From the NCBI GenBank assembly GCA_002633005.1, contig NMRA01000027.1:1043788-1107787 (forward strand): 64,000 bases of DNA, read 5' to 3'. Below, one piece after another: positions 1-11,400 of this stretch. The notes under the pieces are model-generated. The model had not been told where the DNA came from. It saw nothing but the letters and a program-made list of their open reading frames with translations, and did not search any database. The translations under genes and the position numbers were made by a program. The stretch comes from Phoronis australis (taxonomy: Eukaryota; Animalia; Phoronida). How positions within the stretch are numbered: the stretch's first letter is position 1; each line of letters starts with the position of its first letter.

Positions 1-1099
1 CCGTAAACAGTCAAGTTAGGCAGTGAAGGATTAATTTATCCCGTTAACAATAATAGTTTCACGTAAGTAATTTATGTTCACCCATTCGGCCAGTATAGAA
101 TTTCACGCCTATCTTTACGCCCGCCTATGGCGTATTTCTACAAATGCTGCACTAGGTCTATTTTTTGTTTGATATATTTTGTGTTTCATCGATTTAAAGC
201 TATTTTGAGCGTTGTTTCTGAAGTAGGTTTACTTCGTTGGGTCAGCTTCACACTAATTCGACCCATCACAAAGTAGAGTAATGATGTAAAGTAACTTATC
301 TTTCCTTGTTTTCATGGTATTTTTATTGGAATTGAGCCTAAAGGTGTTGCTTGGCTCAATATTCTGACCAATCCTTATTAATTTTTTTATTACAATGAGG
401 CTAGCCATGTTTGACTCGCTAGTATTATTTCGGTAGCTTTAAGGCAGGACCTTATCTAGAAATCTGTAAATTCAATCAAATATCTGCAAAGTATAGATAA
501 CTAACTGAGAATAGAAATAACTTACAATTTAATTTTACCTAATACCAATCTGTCACGCAGTTATGTATTTTAAAAAAGTTTAGCAAAAAGGTTACATTCA
601 CAGAGAAACAATGGTATGAACAACATGAACAAACATTTCATGTAAATATTCAAGGTTAAATCTCAGAAATGCTGTTATAATTATCGTTTCATTTTCGTTT
701 AATACATATTTAAATATTTTCCATAAACATCGTAAAAAATTTATATTGATACCCTCCGTATAAGGGTGGAATATTTCAAAAAATCCAAACAGTGGTTAGA
801 AAAACAGTGAATAAAGCATAGTACCTGAATTTTTTATAAGAATCCAACTACTCAATTCTGAAGCATATTGTTATGATGTCACCCAAATGATGGCATTTTT
901 CTAGGGTTCTACGTAACCTTAACAGACGGTGAGAATCATTTTACATAATTAGAATTTTCACACGCGATGTAAATTGAAACTTCAACTTTGATTTGTCACG
1001 TATTTTGAACGATGGTTAGAGCTGAAACACGCTTCATTGTTGTAAGTGAGGACTACAAGTACTACAAGCATGTCTAACTCCGTTTAGCGTTTTTCACGT

Positions 1100-1327
1100 A
1101 TGCCAAACGTTTTTGAGTTTTCTGATCTTGACAGAAGTTCGCATGTAAATATTCATCTACGGAGCTCCAATCATTATTATCAACAGTGCTCTTTTAATGA
1201 CTTTGCAATTATAGACCAGGAAGTAACAACAAAGGAGCTTAAAATTCGTGAGGCTTTACACATCAGTTGGTGCAAGCCCAATCTCAATAGGCAACTGGCA
1301 CACCACAGGTTGTCATTGTTGGTCTAG
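1100..1327 (+). mobile_element. Penelope-like element 3' fragment (end of GIY-YIG endonuclease ORF)
   Basis: Translation '...FNDFAIIDQEVTTKELKIREALHISWCKPNLNRQ' matches the typical C-terminus of Penelope GIY-YIG ORFs (F.I....L.I.EAL.I...P.LN.Q); a hammerhead motif follows 80 bp downstream. Confidence 0.75.
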
Positions 1328-1407
1328 TTCATTGTCACTCCCTGTAACTGACTATCTGTGCTTCATTACTTGTTGCTGGGCCTAGCTAGGTGGCCACTGT
1401 ATTCTCT

Positions 1408-1452
1408 CTTCTGACGATGGTATCTGAATAAATGACACCGAAACATGTCAAG
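1408..1452 (+). ncRNA. Minimal type I hammerhead ribozyme (Penelope-associated)
   Basis: ctt-CTGACGA-t-GGTATC-loop-GACACC-GAA-ACATGT-C-aag: both core boxes, 5/6-bp stem II, palindromic stem III, GTC cleavage triplet and 3-bp stem I (ctt/aag). Confidence 0.7.
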
Positions 1453-2249
1453 TGGACTTAAAACCGTTGATTTTTTATTAATAATCTTGGATAGCCCTAT
1501 GAAACAGGGGGGAGGGGGTAGAAAGCGACAGCGCTCTGTTTCACTCTAAAGCGACTAAGAAATGAAATTTTCGTAAATTGCTTTGCTGATGTACTTTCGA
1601 TCTCCTATTCTTTCTTTGAGCGAAAACAAGTTCTCCTCTTAAAAAGACAATAACAATATAATTCCATTTGCTTAAAGTTGCCGAATCAGGTTTTTTTCCA
1701 TTTTGATTGGTCATGAATTTTCGGAATTTAAACTAGACAACATTTTGTGAGTTTTCACAAAGTTTTGTTTTTTCTCCACAAATTGATGTCATTGGCAACA
1801 GATTGCTCAAGTGTCGGAATGATGTATGCTGTGAGTATTGTTATAGCGCGTAAGAACGCGAGAACTTTTGTAAGTAAGTGATTCGATTAGTTATACACCA
1901 TGCCTAACACTCGATTAAATTTGGATTTTAACTGTTTCTTATTTACCAAAATTTGGGTCCAGCAACTTTAAAGCGGCTTGCATCACAAAACCTATTTTTA
2001 TTTAGACCACAAAAGGTTATGACCACATGTACAACTAATACTCGAGTCGGGGGGTTCAGTGTTATGCAGACACATGTGTCCAACTTGATTCATTGTCCAC
2101 CTAAAATCTTCATTTCGCTACGTGCCTACCCACCGACAATGGGATTCGAATGTGTACTCATGATTGGTTAAAAAGATTCTAGTCTGAGTCTGAGTCGAGT
2201 TTGGGTTTGCAGATTAGACCTTGTTCTCAGGTTTAAATATGGTTTAAAA

Positions 2250-3075
2250 TAACATGACTATCATGATCTGTGAGAACTCCTTCCTATCGATACTACGCCA
2301 TACAGTAGAACGAGTTTTCTGCATAACACCAGCGTCTGCCGTACTGTTTCGTAGAGGTGTTTGCTTTGACGTAGCGGAACAACTTGCACTTCTCAACGGC
2401 CTCTATAGCTATTCTGGCTGGAGCTTTAATTCCCAGTAGGGTCACCCACGCCGGTCAGGCCTTTCAACTACCACAAGTACAACTTAAATCTTCAATATGT
2501 GGGCAAAATTGTGTTCCAAGGTTTAACAACCACGTGGAGCGTGTCTGTAGGCCTAAATACCTATTTGCAGACGGCTAACTTGTGTAGCTCTCTAACAATT
2601 CCTAAATTCTGCTCAAGTTGAGTCAGGGCTTGCGTAGATGGGCTGATTCGCTTGGCATGAGGTCCAACATCCTGCACATGTCAACTCCGCTATGGCTTAT
2701 GTTGTCATTGATGATAATGGAGCTACTGATCATCTTGCAAAGCAAGGAGCAAGTACACCCGGTTTTGTACCAGAACCTTGCATTCATGTCCCGTACAAGT
2801 CTTATAGTGCAAAGGCACAACATTGCGTGTATAAAATTGTCAGCAGATGCATGGAGGATGGGCTCCAACTGCAGACAAACAAAACTTTTTTTCAAGTCCT
2901 ATCGAGCCAGGAGGTTCCAGAAAACGCCTATGCTTAGATAGGCTGGCTGTTCGGCAGGTGACGCATTAGTTATTACTGGGCACTGCACCTAGTTAGCTCG
3001 GCACTGAAATGTCACAGTTCATGTGGCCTGTTCAATATGCCCTAAGTGTGACTTGGAAGCTGAGATTTCCCAATT
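2250..3075 (+). mobile_element. Degraded non-LTR retrotransposon (RNase H and C-terminal Cys/His motif)
   Basis: 'KYLFADG', 'DNGATDHLAKQGASTPGFVPEP' (cf. GNE.AD.LAK.GA...GPEP) and 'ITGHC...CPKCDLEAE' in broken frames; typical of RNase H-bearing LINE clades. Confidence 0.65.
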
Positions 3076-3683
3076 AACAATTAGTGGAAATTTGACCTGA
3101 CATATAACTTGCTTGGTATACATCGCCAGATGGTGCACGTTTAACAATCTTTATTTTCCAAAAAAAATGGAAAGATTAGACTTCACTGAATCGGAACTTG
3201 ACGAGACGCTGAGGGATCCCCTTGAGTCACAATCACGTGATTTGTGTAAGAATGCCTTGTGTATCAGAGGACACCTGGCCAGCTGCCTATTTTTGTATTC
3301 TGAGAAAAATTTGTGCACAGATTTTCTAGAAAAAAATGTATTCACATGTTAAAATTCCATAAGACATTGCATTTGTCCGTCGCTCTCATACTTCTATTTT
3401 GGAAGTTAAACTTGTAAACCGTATCAGGCTACCACTGGAATGATCTAGAATTCCAGTCAATACAGTTAAATTCTCAAACTGACTTGGGGAAGGCCCGCAA
3501 ACCACGGTGGCATACCTATACCCCACGCTTGCTCAGTTGCCTGACAAACTGAGTTCATGCTTTTGGAAATTCATTAGTACTTCCATACAGTGAATTGCGG
3601 ATTTCTAACTGTTTGTTTACCGGTTTGTACTTATGTGCCAATGTCTTAAATCCCACTTGCAGGAACCCGTGCTTCTCACGTGT

Positions 3684-3941
3684 TTAGCTGTAGTGACAAA
3701 AGTTCTCAATCAAATTATCTTGGTGCTTTTCCCATCGTAGTAGAGCGTGGAGTCGATTGCTGTGCACACAGAATGTAGCAAAGAGAGAGCGCAGTGGCCT
3801 TGGCATGTAGAGTACAGTAGCTTCTGCGCAACACGTTACCCACTGTGTTCGACCTTCAGCAAACATATGAGACCACATCCACGCAGGGCCTATATGTGAA
3901 AGTTTACTGCCTCCGCCGCAAATCCACTGGCCCCGAGACAC
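3684..3941 (-). mobile_element. Helitron RepHel fragment
   Basis: 'QWVTCCAEATVLYMPRPLRSLFATFCVH...LLRWEKHQDNLIENF' resembles the conserved Helitron segment W..C..EA....P..LR.LF......LW......L.EDF between Rep and helicase. Confidence 0.65.
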
Positions 3942-4598
3942 CGTGTATTTCGTACGCTGGTCTCACATTGTGTTGTCTTCCAGCAAATGTTATTTAACCA
4001 CATGCCACTTTCAACGTATCCAGTACCTGACCATGTATTGTACGCAGATTCAAATGATATTCAGTCGGGTTCATGGAGGATTAGTGTTCGTAGGTATAAA
4101 TGTTCAACAACCTTCTCCCATTAAAATTCTTTGCTCCCTCTTTTCCAATTATGAAGATGAACTTTCAATCAATAATGTAGATTTCTAAATAATTATTAAC
4201 AAAAAGTCATTTCAAATCTTGAGTTGTTTTTTCGTAGTAACCGGTGCCTGTGAAAGAGAAAAGAAAAATAAAGATCAAGTATACTTGGGACACATTTTGA
4301 TATATCAGTGTTCTCCACAACCAGTTTTAAACTGTAACTTCAACAGAGTAGTTTTCAATAATGCCAGGATTTTGATCTGCATTACGTATCTTTTTTGCCC
4401 CGATAGCGAACAGATACACAAACAGGCACATATTTTTTGTGGTCATGACGCATACATGTAGTTTAATGCCTTCTTCATATATAATAACACTATGTGAGTA
4501 TTAACAATACCTTAAAGAAGATTTTAAAAATAATTTCAATAGTTTAACCGCGGTATCGCCGCTTGTAACTTAAAAATGGAAAATCATAAAATAGTTAG

Positions 4599-4660
4599 AC
4601 TCGCACTCACGTCCTCTTGATCAGAGAAGGCGCGGTCTTCCATTATGCCACAACGCCTCC
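4599..4660 (-). repeat. tRNA-derived SINE head fragment
   Basis: Minus strand reads GGAGGCGTTGTGGCATAATGG...GTGAGTGCGAGTC: A-box and degenerate B-box, no intact cloverleaf. Confidence 0.4.
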
Positions 4661-5336
4661 CAGCAAGCACTGGTGCTAAGAGACATACTTGTTCATGGTC
4701 TACACTATTCACCCGCGAAACTGTTCCTTCCTGTAATGTTTAGTGTGCGTATTATATTTTGTATCACCAGTTTGTAGCAAAAGTTGTTATATTTAAAACA
4801 GTCTTAGGTTGTCCCAAAAGATCAAATCCATTTTTCGTATTAGCATTAACCACCCGCTTGCACCCTGAGAGAATTATGAGTTTCTGAGTGATTTAGTAAG
4901 GCTTAGATTAAAATTTCCGTTTACCAGCAGCTTCTGTTTCTTCATCGGTAATCAGCTTCCGTTTTCTTTGAAAGATGACATGAGTTTCTTCATTGCGCGG
5001 AGAAGCAGACGACGGAATCGGAGTGGTAGTGCACAGTGCCACTGCGGGTCGCCTGGGATATCACGCCCATATCCACTGGGAGCTGCATTACTTAACCATA
5101 GCTGCACCCCCCCNNTGCCCCCCCCCCCCCTAAAAATCCGCCTATGCATTCCAAAGCGACTTGGAATTCTGATGCAATTTCAGATAGGGAGGAATCGGAA
5201 ATTTGGGACCACGATGGGAGTCTCCAATGTTTGGAGAACTCAATTAGTTTGTGCCTCTTAATATTGTTTCTCTTGACACGGGTCTGGTAAAAGCTGGATG
5301 TGTCAATCGTGATGAGCTACTCGTTTCTAATTGCAG

Positions 5337-5450
5337 TCCCGAAGACAGTGTGTGCACATACTATGTAAGTGTATCGTATTCGCAAAGCTACAGTTCGAGG
5401 TACACAGTCGCATGCGAGTGGTGGCATTTGCAAAGATGCACCCAATACAG
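5337..5450 (+). CDS. Giant gene exon A: N-terminal half of EMI domain
   Basis: ttgcag|...TACAG|gtaaga; 'PEDSVCTYYVSVSYSQSYSSRYTVACEWWHLQRCTQYR'; its phase-2 end joins exon B in frame. Confidence 0.8.
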
Positions 5451-8400
5451 GTAAGAGTATTGACAGATGAGTAACTTCAGCACCCACTGTGTAGGCCCAA
5501 ATTGTCACAACTTCCCAAAGTACAAACATTTTTAAGTCTGGTCCGCACGCCAACTTATTGTCCACATCACGTGACCTAACGAACATAAGTCTGAAAAGAT
5601 TTCTGCCTCCTACCGAGACTCGAACCCAGGGCGGTCTGTGATCTATATTTCCACGCCGGCTTAAGATTTATATATACTCTATATTAGCGTCCCAAATTGT
5701 CACAAATGTTTTGCGTGTGACATTTTGGGCCTTCATTACAACAAAGACTCAAATTTTCACAGCTGTCCTAACCGTCACAACACAAGATGTGCTAGGGCAA
5801 TAGTAGCTAAAAGATTAGATTTTCTGGTACCAAAAAGGCTCGCTTTCCTAGCTACAAGATGGGAACATTTTGTTTGAAACTGATTTATAGCGGATGTCTC
5901 AGCGTTACTGGTTCAAAGATGTGTGCAAACGGTTATCAGATTCAAGCGTGCACATGGATAGACTGTTACAGCTAGGCTGTAGAGCATCTTCGTATTCCAA
6001 TAGCAGGTGGCTAAGTCCCACACTTAACACGCGTGCACTTTTACCACACAACACCAAAACAATTATCAGGCGTACTTTTACCACGGAACCACAACATCAA
6101 CTACACTTAGGCTAACTCTTGTCACGGATGATTTCTTGTGCAACTGACCAAAGGGCGCGAACCGTTTTCTACAGAGCAAAAATTGACGTCCTCTTACGAT
6201 CATATTAACACTGCCTTATTCTTTCTACGTACGAGTGCCTGTGTGTCTGTGGTTTGAGTAGTACCGTGGTAAGAGCTTTTGGTGTTCTGTGGTACAAGTG
6301 GGCGTCCTTGGTAAGAGTGGGTTTCCACCTTGGAGCTATCTTGCATTGCTACATACTGTTGTAGGGTTTTCAGGTATAGTCCTATGTTAGTTAAACACTC
6401 TAGAAGTACATGTATATGCGAAAGGCAAACATTTGGAGCAGCATATTGACACCTTACTACGCGTTCCACAGACTTAAAGCTGACTTGCAGTGACATTTTC
6501 AAATAAATAACCCATGCAGTCGGTCGGGGCCTACATGTAATTGTGGCATACAAGGGGTATGACAGGGAATAGGGAAGCTCTTTTTGCTAGCAAGAATATT
6601 CATATTAAGTACAAGTCAAAATATTCAGACAAAATGACCCAGAGTTCACCCTGAAGAAGGCTGAGCGGAAGCCGAATTCACCGTCAAAGCAGGGGGAATT
6701 GATGCGTAAGTTACTAAGGTGGCTAAACCATTCGGGAATTAGAATTATGCCATGATCACGTTCCCCCTAATAATAATTCCCCCTAAGCCAACGCTAGGGG
6801 GCATTGAATGGTTTTCTCTGGGTTTTGGCTAACAGAACATACATCAATGGATTTGTCGCATTTCTTCACTTTGTCGAAAACCGCCTGCAAAGAAAAAAAA
6901 GATTGAGTCATTTCACATCAAAAGCCCTACAAATGAGGACAGAAATTGTATTCTGTCTGATATTTGGGCCCATTCACACCTAGTGAAAACCAAGGTACTG
7001 TAGGTTAAGGAAAAAGGGAATAACACAAAATTGTCGCTTTTCACCCCAAAACCACCAGTTTCCTGTCGATAAGAAAATACTAGATTATGAAAGTATCTTT
7101 ACAGCCTACAAACGTTTGATCAAAAATCCTGTCAACCAACTACTTGGTCTGCAATCCTGGCTTGTTTGAGGACTGCGTGAAATCGCAGCCAATTGCTCAT
7201 TTACTAATCAACAATGCAAAATGCAACAGGGGGCCTCCATCTTGTCGTCGAAAAGTGCATCTGGCCAACCAAGTAGTCTTCCTCATTCCCACACTAACAA
7301 CATATTCATAAATAATAAACATGTCAGATTTACTGGCCTTCAATGCCACGCTTACATAAAATTGCCCCCAAACCTGGTTGGGGAGTTCAATATGGCTGCC
7401 GCTGCAGTCTAAATGTTCATGCTTGTCAGACTATACCCATATGTACCCAGACACGACGCGGTATTTGACCATATCTTGTGATATTCAGTGCTGGATAAAG
7501 CAATTGCGGGGCCCCAAACATAAGTCGAATCGACGGCCCCTTGCTCAAAAGCTCATACTACGATTAACTCTAACCAAAATCATAATAGATGTAAATTTCG
7601 CTTTTGAGAAACAAAAGATTTAAGACGGCTTCTTCATAATGAGACAGTGTGTCCACTGGGCAACACAACAAATTAGACGGTTTTAGGAGTTCACAAATCG
7701 CTAATCAGGGCCCCCTCCGCTTGTGATAGCACTACAACACATACAATTCCATGAATATCGCTTACTCAGAGCGCTCATCACCCTGGACCCTACACATATT
7801 GAAAATGGTGCTGCCCCAATACAAAGTTTTGCGCTGCCTGAGGTTAGTGCTTCGGTTGGAGTAGAAACATGTATACGTTTATGGCAAAGGTGCCCCCAAA
7901 ACCGCCATTTTGAAGAAAAGCGTTTCTACAACGAACTAGTGGATTTCTCATTTGGTCGCTAACACAAGCCAGCCAAACCTGGCCTACTCCAAAGGAATTA
8001 GGGATGGTGGCTGAAAGGAAATTGGCCATGGCTACAGTCTAGCTATATAGTATCACCTTAAGAGTCCTCAAATGAAGTAGCGCTGTTTGTTTGTTAAATA
8101 TTATTTCCGCAGTCGGACAAATCTCTTTTCTGGACTGGATTAAGTAAATGTCAAGAGGTGTTATAAAGAACCTGACATTTGGGTTTTTATTTTTTCCTTG
8201 TATTAATACTTCACTTAGATGACGGCTGGCGACTATTTCACCTGGCCATCTGCATCGTCGGAGCAGTTCGCGCCATTTTATTACACATCATTTCATCCTT
8301 TCGAGTGACTTACTATCATGGAAAAGTAGAAAAACAACTTCTTTTGTAGGCCTATAAATCGTTATCTGTGTCTTAAAAGTGTCAAATAAGACATATCCAT

Positions 8401-11400
8401 GTGCAGAAATGCAGTTTATGAATCACTTCACATATATTATGTTTACCTTTCACATCTCAAACGAATCTGTCTCATTTCCTCTACAAAGATAACAAAACTC
8501 GATAAAAAGCTGACAGAAGAAGTTCACGTTAAAGCATGTGACTAGAATTCGAGCTTAAAAAACAAATGTAACAGCAAAACCTAATAGTATAGGCAATGCA
8601 CAGGTATCAACGAGTTATCGAGAACAACTGCAACAAAATATAACAACCATACGATGTTACGTAAAGCGAGTGAAACGCCTTTTGTAACCGACACATGCAT
8701 GAAAGAAATGGCTGTTAAGACTCGCCAATGAGACGAATGTGGCAGCTCTTGACGGGAGAAAGCAACAATATCCCTATTATGTCTTTCTATGTATGTTTGT
8801 ATATAGATGGGTTGTCAGTGATCAAACTTATGTAATGAATAAAAATCCAATTGTGTTTACAATTATCGTCTTAGCTCATCTCCTTCTTCAGTTCCCGTGT
8901 TCCCAAACAATAGTCTTTTTCATTAAAACGGTGTGTGTTGGGGACAAATAAAACAACACAAGAATAATATATATATTTTAAGTTATATTGGGAGTTTCAG
9001 TGTCACAGCTCTACAAATAATTTTCAACTGAAAGTACGAGATGGGTACCTTAATTACTAGAGATAACACTTGCATATGTAATTGACTGTCGGCTACTAAG
9101 TGGCACATGTTAGTAAAGTACCAAATTGGTACATGATACCAAATGGGTATTGGCCGATTGCCTACCAAGTGGGTCGAGCAAAACGGCAAATTCAATAATA
9201 AGTATCAAGTGGGTACAAACTGCCAGATGGTCAAATATCATATAAAGTACCAAGTGGGTACACCACACAGCCAGCTGGGCTATAACAACCTGGCAAAGCA
9301 GGTTCCGGACAAGCTGAATGAGCAGACAAGCGGAAGTGATAAAAAGAGATATTGTAAGGAACGTGGTGTTGTGGCTCAGTGTGTGTGCCACATGGGCAGG
9401 GTTGTTCATGGATGTCCACCGCCACAACCCGCGCGTGGGCCGTGACCCCGGTAGACAAGGGACGAATAGGAGTGAATGGGTATGTGGGAAAAAGTAGGGA
9501 CGGGTGAACAATATACTATGATATAATATAACACAATATATGGTGATAAACCCAAACAAAGCTACCATCTAGAAAAAACTAACCTAAGCATAACTGAGAG
9601 AGCTATTGACCATACACCCGAGGTCTGCCAGCAGTGAATTGCTTTAAGGCACCCTTTATAGCGTTGAGAAAAATATCGTTTCCTAACGGGGACAGGTGGA
9701 CTCCATCTGGATGGAACAACAACCTGGCATCCGTCGTAATGTCAGGGTGCCTGATGTAGCACTCAGAATGAATGAGAACAGTCATAGCCGCCATGGAGTT
9801 GATTCTAGTCCTAGCGGTGTTCATGATTTCCATGGAACCTCTTTACCAATGTAACCGTGGTACTATTACGCTGTGTAGAAATTTGGTGTGGATTCTGGAA
9901 ATATCTGGCTTAAGAGTGGCGCGTAGTTTACGTAATTCGGTGTAACCAATTTCGTTGCCAGCGCCGTGCAGGGTAACGTATGACGGCTGGTCTTCAAGGC
10001 GGTTCATGGTCCACAGTTTGGGGATAAGCTGGTTCCAATGGAGACCGCTGACGCCTTGTCAAAAGATGCTCTGTATCCCCACTGGCTGTAACCCCAGGTG
10101 CGTGCCACCGGAGCTTGTCCTGGCATGAACAAATGACCGTTTGATGATCGACGATCCCACAATCCATACGGTATAAGGCCCTGAAAGACTGTCAAAATAA
10201 ATATTGATTAAGTAATTAGTAGGAATAGATCCATTCTAAGTTGCCCAAAATTTGTGCATATGTACTTTTAAATCATGGGGTCAAATTTGTTGACATGTAT
10301 TTTAACGTCAAAATCAGTTGTGATGGCTGAGGTTGGGAGGAGGGTGCTAAGGTCAATGTTTTCACCGTCATGAATTTTTGTGTGAATTGAAGACGGTACA
10401 AGGACACCCATTATCGGATAGACATGGTTAGGAATTGGTGGAGGGGCAGTCACCTCAGAGACTAATTGACCTGGTTGGGGTTGAGTGGCTATCAGTGCAG
10501 ACGCAGGTGCTTAGTCACCGTGGCTGGTCGGGGCCTGGTCCAACGGCACCCTCTCTGTTCTCGCTGGCCTAGTCCTGGTACTCATAGAGGTGGCCCAGCC
10601 TGATTTTGTTGTCGTGTCTTTGGCTTTTGGCATGTTGTAGCTCGGAAAGAGAGAAAAACAATTGAAATTAACCTCTCTATATAGTAGGAAGAGGGTGCCT
10701 GGTTGGAGGAAGTAGGGAACGCGTGATTTAGAAGTAGTTGTTCGGAGTGAGTAGGCGTCTCCGAAATTAGCGAGGGGCTGAGTTTAGGTTTGAGGGGTAT
10801 TGGAATCGAAAGAAATCGGGTGTTAGAAAAGACATCTGTGGCTACAACTAAATTATACGTGAACAAAATTTTGTCCAGGACGATTGACGACGAACGGAAA
10901 GGAATCTAATAGATATAAAAATTGTGTAATTAGTAAAAACTTGCGAGTGAATGTACTGTAGACTGAGACATGGACAACCGGAAGCTGGAGAGAGAGACCA
11001 GCGCTACGATCGGACGAGATAGGTACTAACCAGGAGTTGGATATCAAGCTTGAAGGGGTGTAGAATAATATTTCCCAAATAATAGGATTTATGTCAGAAT
11101 GCCTTAAATCTCCTTGTTTAAGTCATTTCCCGAAAAAGGAGATGAAACGTTTGTTCTAGACCACATAGTGTTATGAATCGGTATCAAATTGTTCCCAGGT
11201 GATTTTAGGACTTTGAATGAACTGACACTTCGTAGTTGATTGAGAACTGGCTCTACACGCCGCGTCCATACATGCACCAAGTATGCTCTCAAGAAAAAAA
11301 ATAATGAACTGGCAGTTCTTTGTAAGCAAAGAAATTATGTTCCATCTTGATAAAGACCTAGTTGACACCTGTTTTTATAGCAGTAAGTGGTCTAATTGAA

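Noticed and set aside
4968-5261. 97-aa ORF as the first exon of the giant gene
   Set aside because: No signal peptide, it runs through a poly-C repeat with Ns, and I found no convincing phase-2 donor.
9030-9270. AAGTACCAARTGGGTA repeats as a CRISPR-like array
   Set aside because: Short, degenerate and irregularly spaced; better explained as part of the Ngaro/DIRS-like remnant.
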